A stretch of DNA of 16,161 bases. Origin: Candidatus Bathyarchaeota archaeon. Lineage in GTDB: Archaea > Thermoproteota > Bathyarchaeia > Bathyarchaeales > Bathycorpusculaceae. Position 1 is the stretch's first letter, and each line of letters begins with the position of its first letter. The notes beneath the pieces were generated by a model, which was given only the letters and a program-made list of their open reading frames with translations, had not been told where the DNA came from and searched no databases. Positions 9,570-16,161 of this stretch are shown here, piece by piece. A program made the position numbers and the translations under genes. The stretch lies in contig CAVYHV010000004.1 in NCBI GenBank assembly GCA_963768425.1, positions 1-16,161 of the forward strand. The letters run 5' to 3'.

Positions 9570-9806
9570 CTACATTGGTGATAGTACGATGGATGTTTCT
9601 GTTCGGATGACGTTGGGGTCTTTTTCGATTATTTTGTAAACAACTTGGTTAATTTCTTCGAGTGAAGGTGCTTCCAATATTACTATTGCGTCGTAGCGGC
9701 CGAATATGGCGTCTGCGGTGATTGTTTCTTTGACTTTTTCTTTAAATCTGTGGACGACTTCCAGTGAAGTGCCGGGTTTTGTGCTTAGGAGGATGTAGGC
9801 TTTCAT
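9570..9806 (-). CDS. stand-alone Lrp/AsnC RAM-domain protein (divergent third copy)
   Basis: MKAYILL, FGRYDAIV and VIRTETSIV signatures, no HTH. Confidence 0.88.
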   Translation of the reverse strand: MKAYILLSTKPGTSLEVVHRFKEKVKETITADAIFGRYDAIVILEAPSLEEINQVVYKIIEKDPNVIRTETSIVLSPM

Positions 9807-9850
9807 TTTGTTTTTCCTTCTATTTTGTTCGATGTTTAATGGTTGTTATT

Positions 9851-9865
9851 CCATATAAATTTTCT
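9851..9865 (-). promoter_or_regulatory. BRE-TATA of the minus-strand RAM gene
   Basis: Reverse strand reads AGAAAATTTATATGG about 45 nt upstream of the ATG at 9806. Confidence 0.5.
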
Positions 9866-9892
9866 GTTGGGATTTAGACGGTTGTTTAGTGT

Positions 9893-9931
9893 TTATGAAA
9901 AATTATGAACAAATCACAACCATATTTATAT
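9893..9931 (+). promoter_or_regulatory. operator-like motif plus TATA box (copy 3)
   Basis: TTATGA-N4-TTATGA-N5-TCACAA (9893-9919), then 5 nt, then TTTATA (9925-9930). Confidence 0.7.
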
Positions 9932-9974
9932 GCAGCTGGGCAAGTATGTACTTATAAAATGAAATGGTGAAAAT

Positions 9975-10079
9975 ATGTTTGGAATAATTGATATAGCCTC
10001 AATAACAGCAATCTTCGCTTCGATAGCTGTAGTAGTTTACAACATCAGATTAGAACTCAGGACACAACCCCTCAATTAA
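9975..10079 (+). CDS. 34-aa single-TM micropeptide MFGIIDIASITAIFASIAVVVYNIRLELRTQPLN
   Basis: GGTGA SD, ATG at 9975, TAA at 10077-10079. Identical to the 313..411 peptide at 19 of the first 28 residues. Confidence 0.8.
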   Translation: MFGIIDIASITAIFASIAVVVYNIRLELRTQPLN

Positions 10080-10339
10080 GAATACCCCACTTTCAACAAT
10101 CTTGGGTTTTAACCCTTATCATTATCTAACTTTCTTAAGTTAATTGACTTTTCAAGTATGATGATTCATCTTGAGTGTTTCAACACTTGTTTTGCAGAAT
10201 CTTCGATTAAACAACTTTCGGTGGGTCCCTTGCGAAAACAACTATCATTGCCAGCGACAACCAAAACATCCAACCTGCAAACGCAAATTGGGCGTTGTAA
10301 ACTTGTTATATTTCTGGACTGAAATTGAAGAGTTATGCC

Positions 10340-11277
10340 TTATTTTATAGCCCGCTGACACCCAGGACAAAAAGTTGCCGCGTCTAAAACGGGGGTGTTG
10401 CAGAATTTGCAAGCGTTCTTTGGGAAAGATATGAACCCCTTTTTTACCGCTCCATAGTTGCCGCCTGTTGCTTCTGCCTCTTTTCTTTTTTTGCGTGTGC
10501 GGTCGATTCTTCGGCCGAAAAAGATTGCGGTTTCGAAGACCACCACGAAGGGCGCCATGATGATTAAGCCTGTGACCGGGGTGGGATCGGGCCAAATATC
10601 CAAAATATCATCAGTAGAGCTATGTAAGCGAAGATTTTGTTGCGTCCACTCACATATTTAACGGGGAGAACTCCAACCTGGATAAGCATAACGACGAAGA
10701 TGGGGATGGTGTAGAAGACACCGCATAAAACAAATATCGTGTAGATCCAGTTGTAGAAATCCTTGATGAAGATGTACGGTGTGGCGCCTCCTTGGATAGT
10801 GAAGTAAATTAAGATTCGAAATGAAATTGGGATAACAACAAAGAAAGCCATAACTACACCTAAAATCAGCAGCCCAATGAAGGAGCCCAAGTAAATCCCT
10901 AGAACCTTCTTCTCGTTGTCGTATAATGCGGGTTTGATGAAGGCAACAACTTCATAAAATATCACGGGGGAAGCCAACAAGATCCCAACAATCACAGACA
11001 GGTAAGCCATAGCAAACACTGTGTCCGCCATCCCGCCTGCAATCAAAGTTGCCTGCTTAGGGAGAAACTCATCTCTTAACTGCACCATTAGAGGCGCAAT
11101 CATGGGTTGATAGGTTCCAACTGGGTTTGTGATCCCGGCCAAAGTAGTAGGAATCCATCCGACCCCGATGCCGATGATTAAAGCCACAAGAACAACTTTT
11201 AAGCGGCGGACTAGCTCATCGATGTGCCCCCAGAAACTCATGACCCAACCCTTAAGTGACTCAGGTTCAGAACTCAT
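10340..11277 (-). CDS. tatC: twin-arginine translocase subunit TatC with C-terminal zinc ribbon (one frameshift at ~10590)
   Basis: MSFWGHIDELVRRL and PVIFYEVVAFIKPALY.NEK motifs. Restoring one base in the G run at 10589-10591 gives FGPDPTPVTGLIIMAPFVVVFE followed by a CKFC...CPGC tail. Confidence 0.9.
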
Positions 11278-11500
11278 AAAACTTCAAACCCGCAAGAAAA
11301 CACAGAATTTCCTCTCTTGACTCCGACAACAGATAAAGTGTTAACCATCCTCTTCCTACAAGCATGTCTCTCATTGGCTGATATTAAAATCCATAAGCAG
11401 TCAAGCGCTTAAAACAATTTGTTGTAGTATAGCAACAATCACGCTGCAGATTTTTTTGGCGCAGAATTTTTCTGTTTGTGTTTTGGTTTGCTTTTTTGTG

Positions 11501-11513
11501 GAAAAGCTTAAAT
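11501..11513 (+). promoter_or_regulatory. BRE-TATA upstream of the repeat array and AbrB-like gene
   Basis: GAAAAGCTTAAAT. A similar GAAAAAGCTTAAG precedes the 12470 gene at 12411. Confidence 0.5.
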
Positions 11514-11530
11514 CATCTGTAGGTTGAGTC

Positions 11531-11620
11531 ATACTCAGACACTATTAGACACTCTTAGACAAAATTAGACGCTATCAGACACTCTTAGATACTTTCAGAC
11601 AATATCAGACAATCTTAAAG
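11531..11620 (+). repeat. tandem array of eight (plus one degenerate) 10-bp direct repeats, core TYAGAC
   Basis: ATACTCAGAC ACTATTAGAC ACTCTTAGAC AAAATTAGAC GCTATCAGAC ACTCTTAGAT ACTTTCAGAC AATATCAGAC (AATCTTAAAG). Confidence 0.95.
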
Positions 11621-11636
11621 TTAAGGAAGAATATAC

Positions 11637-11915
11637 ATGCCGTTAACACGAAAAGTAACCTTCAGAGGGATACTTCAGAAAAGTGAAAGAATACAAATTC
11701 CAAAATTGATCATAAACGAATTCAAGTTGGAGCCTTCCCAAGTTTTGAAAGTTGGCTTTACCTTGCCAGACAAGTTTAAAGGCTGGCAGTTCTTTTACGC
11801 AAAAATGGAAAAAGCCGGACGAATTTACATCCAAAAGGCAACATTATCAGTCTGGGAAGAAGAAAGAGCAAGCCTGCCCGGTTGCATCGTCGAAGTGACG
11901 CTTGAACCCACCTGA
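11637..11915 (+). CDS. putative DNA-binding protein with two tandem AbrB/SpoVT/MraZ-like swapped-hairpin repeats
   Basis: Repeat 1 FRGILQKSERIQIPK...LEPSQVLKV and repeat 2 FYAKMEKAGRIYIQK...LPGCIVEV both resemble the AbrB 'GRI.IPK...G..v.V' pattern. AAGGA SD. Confidence 0.7.
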   Translation: MPLTRKVTFRGILQKSERIQIPKLIINEFKLEPSQVLKVGFTLPDKFKGWQFFYAKMEKAGRIYIQKATLSVWEEERASLPGCIVEVTLEPT

Positions 11916-12066
11916 CCATAAGCAATTCAAGATTCACTTTCATCATCCCCTCCACTGCTTCAAAATGACGTTTCAACGTTTTCTTTTTAAAGCGTTTAAC
12001 GCATAAGCACCCACCCGCGTGAAAGTCTATGAAAAAGAAATTATGTTGCCTGGGGGCTTAGCAAGC

Positions 12067-12384
12067 ATGGGAAAAACTGTGCCTTCTTACCGAATGGCTC
12101 TGGAAGACGAAATTGGCAGCTGGAAGAACTTTCGAAACGGCCTGCCAAACGAAGAAGAAATGCAGACTTTTGATGTACTTATGGATATGTGCAGAAATCT
12201 TGCTTCAGCGAGCAGCTGCGCATGCAAACCGATAATCTTTGAACCTATGGCGATCAGTATACTTATAGCTCAACAGAAAAAGATCAAGCAGCTCGAAAAA
12301 AAATTAAACGAACTGTTAATGCAGAGGAGCGGAGGGCAAACAAGAAGCAATGAACCTGTTGTTCGCGGCAATTTTGAACCTTAA
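12067..12384 (+). CDS. small alpha-helical archaeal protein (MGKTVPSYR...W..FR..L...FD.L), resembling the PolB2-associated arCOG07300-type family
   Basis: Start moved to ATG 12067 on the MG[KR]T.P[ST][YF]R N-terminus. Family assignment is from recalled similarity only. Confidence 0.65.
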   Translation: MGKTVPSYRMALEDEIGSWKNFRNGLPNEEEMQTFDVLMDMCRNLASASSCACKPIIFEPMAISILIAQQKKIKQLEKKLNELLMQRSGGQTRSNEPVVRGNFEP

Positions 12385-12469
12385 ATGAGAGGCTGTTAAT
12401 CTCGTACAGTGAAAAAGCTTAAGAACTAAAACAAAAAATAGTAAAAATCCTTCTCGGGAGCTGCAGATT

Positions 12470-13654
12470 ATGAGTCTAAACAGCGCTAGTCAACAGGATG
12501 CATTCGGAAATGTTGACTGGCCTTTAAGAAGTGGAATATTTCTTGTTTTGGCGGCATGGTTCATTTATGTCGTTTATGAAGGCGTTCTAGGAATATACAA
12601 TCGACACACGACCATTCCGTTGGTAAGAGAAGACATTGCTGCAACGGTAGGATTAGGCTTCGTGGTTGCCGCGAGCGCTATAGCCGTCTTGATAATGCTT
12701 TTCTACCTCGTAAAAAGGGACCTTTCGCGGCCTGAATTAACCATGGCAACGCGGATAATCCTGTTTGCTGTGGGGGCTTATTTTGTATTAGCTTTCCTGC
12801 CGGCAGTATTCGTCGAGGGATTGCCTGGAGCTTTCAATTTTAGCATTATGAAAGTGTTTGAGGTTACATTGCCCTGCATTGTCGACGGCATAGCTATACC
12901 CGTTGTCTTAGCGAAACTGTTCTTGACCTTGAATCCTAACATGCCGGCAAAAGAAATAATCAAGTGGTCACTTATCGCGGGGTCAGTTTACCTTTTCGCT
13001 TTTTGGGTCAACAACGCAGGCAACTGGATAGGCGCCGTCATAGCAAAAGGCGCAAGCTACTTAACCTATTACCCAGTCAACATGTTCAGCTTTCTCTTAA
13101 CAACTGTAGGCTTACTTTTGCTATCACTTTACACAGCGTTTTTCTCAAAGAAGACAATAGGAAAGAACGACTTAGCAGAAGCAGACTACCGGAGAATAGG
13201 ACTCATATTTTCTTTTACAGGCCTCTATCTGACAATTACTTTATTGCTGTGGTTCATTTTCGGATCAGTCGGAGGATGGGGCAGTTGGTACGCCTGGCTA
13301 TTAGGCCACGGCTACCTGGACCTTTGGGGACTAACAATTCCGTTCATTGGATTGCCCCTTCTTTTCTACAAAAATAACAGCGCCCAAAAAGCAACCTCCG
13401 GTCTCCAAAAAGAATCAACACTCCCGTTGAGCAAGAAACAGCTATATCCATTTTTGTTTTTCATCGAAGGCTTAGGCATAATCTTTTACGCTGTATTTTC
13501 AGCAGCCTACTATATTCCAGTTCCGTCAACTAAAGTGCTTATCGGAGAAGCTATCTTCAAAATTCCAATAACCGTTTTTGGGCTACTCTACTTTATCTCC
13601 ATAATCCTGATCATAATATTTTCAATCACAAAATCAAGGCATAGGGAAAAGTAA
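12470..13654 (+). CDS. hypothetical polytopic membrane protein (about 10 TM segments)
   Basis: 394-aa ORF with many hydrophobic segments, GGGAG SD and an upstream BRE/TATA-like site. Confidence 0.85.
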   Translation: MSLNSASQQDAFGNVDWPLRSGIFLVLAAWFIYVVYEGVLGIYNRHTTIPLVREDIAATVGLGFVVAASAIAVLIMLFYLVKRDLSRPELTMATRIILFAVGAYFVLAFLPAVFVEGLPGAFNFSIMKVFEVTLPCIVDGIAIPVVLAKLFLTLNPNMPAKEIIKWSLIAGSVYLFAFWVNNAGNWIGAVIAKGASYLTYYPVNMFSFLLTTVGLLLLSLYTAFFSKKTIGKNDLAEADYRRIGLIFSFTGLYLTITLLLWFIFGSVGGWGSWYAWLLGHGYLDLWGLTIPFIGLPLLFYKNNSAQKATSGLQKESTLPLSKKQLYPFLFFIEGLGIIFYAVFSAAYYIPVPSTKVLIGEAIFKIPITVFGLLYFISIILIIIFSITKSRHREK

Positions 13655-14027
13655 ACTACTCGCCATTCCCTCCCAACTCCTAATATGTATCTATAATCGG
13701 CTGATTGGTGCGTTCGTCGGCGGATGCAAAAACATGAATGGTGCTCCTTTTGTTTAGTGAAGCTGAATCAGCAGCGTCAACCATTACTCTGCGATCTCAT
13801 TCAAACGTTTGCAACAGCCAAGACTCCCACTCAGATATTCTTGATTAAATTTGCAATAAATCAGTCATGAATCTCAAATACTGATCACAGGTCGATTAAA
13901 AGTGAAGATTTTGAAAAACTGAATGTCTAAAAGTTATGATATTTTGAGCTTGAATAGCTTTTCTTGCTGTTACTAATTTATCACATTTTTCGGTCTAAAG
14001 TTGAAAAAGAAAAAATAGTTAGTGTTG

Positions 14028-14921
14028 TTATTTCTTGCTTATCTTCCTCTTTCTTACTGTAAGCATGATAACCGCAAGGAATGATAGCGCCATGAAGATC
14101 GTTACGGCTGTTATAGTTGGAAACTCTGGAGTGACTGGTGTTGCGCTAGTGGTCGATAATGAACTTGTTGACGACGTTGGTGTTGGCGTAGTTGATGACG
14201 AGCTTGTTGGTGTAGCAGTTGGTGAAGATGCTGAGTTCGTGGAACCTGTTGCGTAATTGCTGATAGAAACATCGGATATGGCGATTAAAGAATAACTGGC
14301 ATACAAAGACATTTGTGTTGTGTCAGACGGCATTATTTGGAATTGCGATGTGGTGCCAGCAGGAACGTCGGGTGTATCTGGATATCCTGATGCTGTGTCA
14401 ACGACTTTTCCGCTTGAATCATAGAAAGTTGCATAAATTGCTGTTGCGGTTGCTGTTGCTGACCCCGTGTTTTGAATTTGACCCATTATGTCAGGGGTTC
14501 CGTAATATGTAGTGAAGTTACTTTGTATAATTGACAGATCTTGCGGAATTGAGGCGCTAACTGACGATTTCACTACTAGAGAATAAGTGCTTATTTGTGA
14601 GACGATGGTTGATGTTGTTTCTGTAATCTCGAATGGTGCTTTGCCGTTGGGGCTCAGGGTAGCAAGAAAATCAGATTGAGTTAATGTGTCAAGTACGTTG
14701 CCGTGTGCATCACTTATTGTTGCTGTTATTAGCGCGTATGCCCAGGCGGAACCCGTATTCTGCACTTCGCCAACTATGTTGTAATTTCCGTTTGAATCAG
14801 TGAAGCCAGTACTCGACACAACTGTGACACTGTCAGCTTTAACGAGATTAAGACCTGCCATACAAATCATTGATGTCAAAAGCAATAATGAAACTGTTGC
14901 AATCAATATTTTTTTGTTCAT
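14028..14921 (-). CDS. secreted cell-surface protein with two FxLYD-like Ig-type domains, Ser/Thr linker and PEF-CTERM-type anchor
   Basis: Signal peptide MNKKILIATVSLLLL. Repeated GEVQNTGS/GQIQNTGS and ATISDAHGNVL/ATFYDSSGKVV. S/T/P-rich stalk, then PEFP, a TM helix and RKRK. Confidence 0.85.
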   Translation of the reverse strand: MNKKILIATVSLLLLTSMICMAGLNLVKADSVTVVSSTGFTDSNGNYNIVGEVQNTGSAWAYALITATISDAHGNVLDTLTQSDFLATLSPNGKAPFEITETTSTIVSQISTYSLVVKSSVSASIPQDLSIIQSNFTTYYGTPDIMGQIQNTGSATATATAIYATFYDSSGKVVDTASGYPDTPDVPAGTTSQFQIMPSDTTQMSLYASYSLIAISDVSISNYATGSTNSASSPTATPTSSSSTTPTPTSSTSSLSTTSATPVTPEFPTITAVTIFMALSFLAVIMLTVRKRKISKK

Positions 14922-15072
14922 TTGGATTTCTCCTTATGTGTATTTTCACTTTATGTGTATGAGTTTTCTAATAAGGCTAGTTAGGTAGGGCTACTACACA
15001 CAAAATCGAAAAACTTACTAATCTCGTGGCAACTAATAATCGGAATGTACCTCAAATTCGAGTTAGATTACT

Positions 15073-15882
15073 TTGGAAGAATCCGTTAACACTTTGACAT
15101 GTCTGGGGCTAAAACTTGTTCAAGCCAAAGTTTACGTGGCACTTGCAAAATCAAGTCCACTGAGCATTAGAGAAATCTCAGACCTTTCAAAAGTGCCCAG
15201 AACTGACCTTTATAGAATATTAGAAGAACTTGAAAAAAAGGGTTTGGCGGAAAGAGTCATTGCAGCCCCAACCAAATTCAAAGCAACCCCTTTGTTCGAT
15301 TGCATTAACATGCTACTTCAATGCAGAAGGGAGGAAAGCCTTGAACTTGAAAAAAAAGCCCTAAAACTACAACACGACCATCAAATGGCAATAAATATTG
15401 AATCCACCGTAAAAGGTAAAACTGAATTTATTCTGGTTCCGAGCGGTAGAGTGATGGAGAAAATGGCAAATAATATCGATTGTGCTCAAAAAAGCCTCGA
15501 CGTTGTCCTCTCGTATAAACGATTCTCACATGTCGTTTTCACCTATGTTGAGAAGATTCAAGAGGCTTTGTCCCGTGGAGTGAATTGTAGATTCGTTGTT
15601 GAAAAAGACGAAAGGGAACAACTTTCTACAAAGTACTCGGAGCTCTGTGGAAAAAATACTTCTTGCAGAGTCAAAAGTGTTGCAGCTATGCCTCAGACGA
15701 TATTTGCTATATTCGATGAAAAAGCAGTTTTCATTATTGAAAATATACCTTCCGGCGTAGAAAAGTCGTCGTTGTGGTCAAACAATTCCAGTCTAGTAGC
15801 TTTAGCCAGTGACCATTTTGAAGTATTATGGGAAAGATCAATGCAAGTTAAAAATGAGAAAATTCCTTGTGAAAAAATCTAG
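15073..15882 (+). CDS. TrmB-family transcriptional regulator
   Basis: wHTH LGL...QAKVYVAL...EISDLSKVPRTDLYRILEELEKKGL followed by P.KFKATP. C-terminal effector domain with IFDEK and FEVLW. Confidence 0.9.
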   Translation: MEESVNTLTCLGLKLVQAKVYVALAKSSPLSIREISDLSKVPRTDLYRILEELEKKGLAERVIAAPTKFKATPLFDCINMLLQCRREESLELEKKALKLQHDHQMAINIESTVKGKTEFILVPSGRVMEKMANNIDCAQKSLDVVLSYKRFSHVVFTYVEKIQEALSRGVNCRFVVEKDEREQLSTKYSELCGKNTSCRVKSVAAMPQTIFAIFDEKAVFIIENIPSGVEKSSLWSNNSSLVALASDHFEVLWERSMQVKNEKIPCEKI

Positions 15883-16161
15883 TTGTTGACACTTTCGGTA
15901 TGGTAATTAACTTTATCTGAGTGAGAAGAGGCTGAATTAGAAATGCATTTGAAAAGCATTTCGACAAACCAAAACAATTCTTCTCTACTATAGTTTATAG
16001 ATTTTTGTGGGTGTATAATTGTAGCCCAGATTTTTTAGTTTCGCATTTGAGTTTGACGAGAGCTTCTATGTTTTTTCATTTTTTGTAAGAGAGATATAGT
16101 TTCAGGGGAGGGGATTCCATTGAATCTCCCGAACCATGGCTTGAACCCAGTTTAGTTGAGA

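Larger units (their letters stand above)
9857..10079 (+). repeat. dispersed duplication, copy 2 (promoter plus micropeptide cassette)
   Basis: Colinear with 196..411. Confidence 0.9.

Noticed and set aside
9975-10079. Micropeptide as TatA or canonical KdpF
   Set aside because: It lacks the TatA FG..KLP hinge and amphipathic helix, lacks the KdpF-type YL.YAL..PE.F motif, and is not directly upstream of kdpA.
10171-10595. ORF 10245..10595 (-) and a 59-aa Cys-containing plus-strand ORF at ~10171..10350
   Set aside because: The first is an alternate frame of the tatC tail; the second has no clear SD or recognisable homology.
11531-11620. CRISPR array
   Set aside because: Units are 10 bp with no 25-40 nt repeats or spacers, and no cas genes are present.
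16105-16161. GC-rich hairpin or possible tRNA/gene end at the window edge
   Set aside because: There is no cloverleaf or T-arm consensus, and too little sequence to call a minus-strand gene end.

Overview
Archaeal chromosomal window; Bathyarchaeia-like by inference from GGTGA/GGAG Shine-Dalgarno (SD) sites, TTG starts, BRE-TATA promoters, TrmB and a PEF-type sorting tail. The first ~10 kb looks like a K+/cation-homeostasis island: a Na,K/H,K-ATPase-like P2-type pump, kdpABC with no canonical kdpF or kdpDE in the window, three stand-alone Lrp/AsnC ligand-binding (RAM) domain genes, and two paralogous 32-34 aa single-TM micropeptide genes missed by the ORF track. The two micropeptide promoters and the kdp-operon promoter share an operator-like motif 5 nt upstream of TTTATA. 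kdpA, kdpB, kdpC and tatC carry small indels, probably read errors. Downstream are tatC with a C-terminal zinc ribbon, an array of eight phased 10-bp repeats in front of a tandem-AbrB (MraZ-like architecture) gene, a small MGRT/MGKT-type helical protein, a polytopic membrane protein, a PEF-CTERM-type surface protein and a TrmB regulator.
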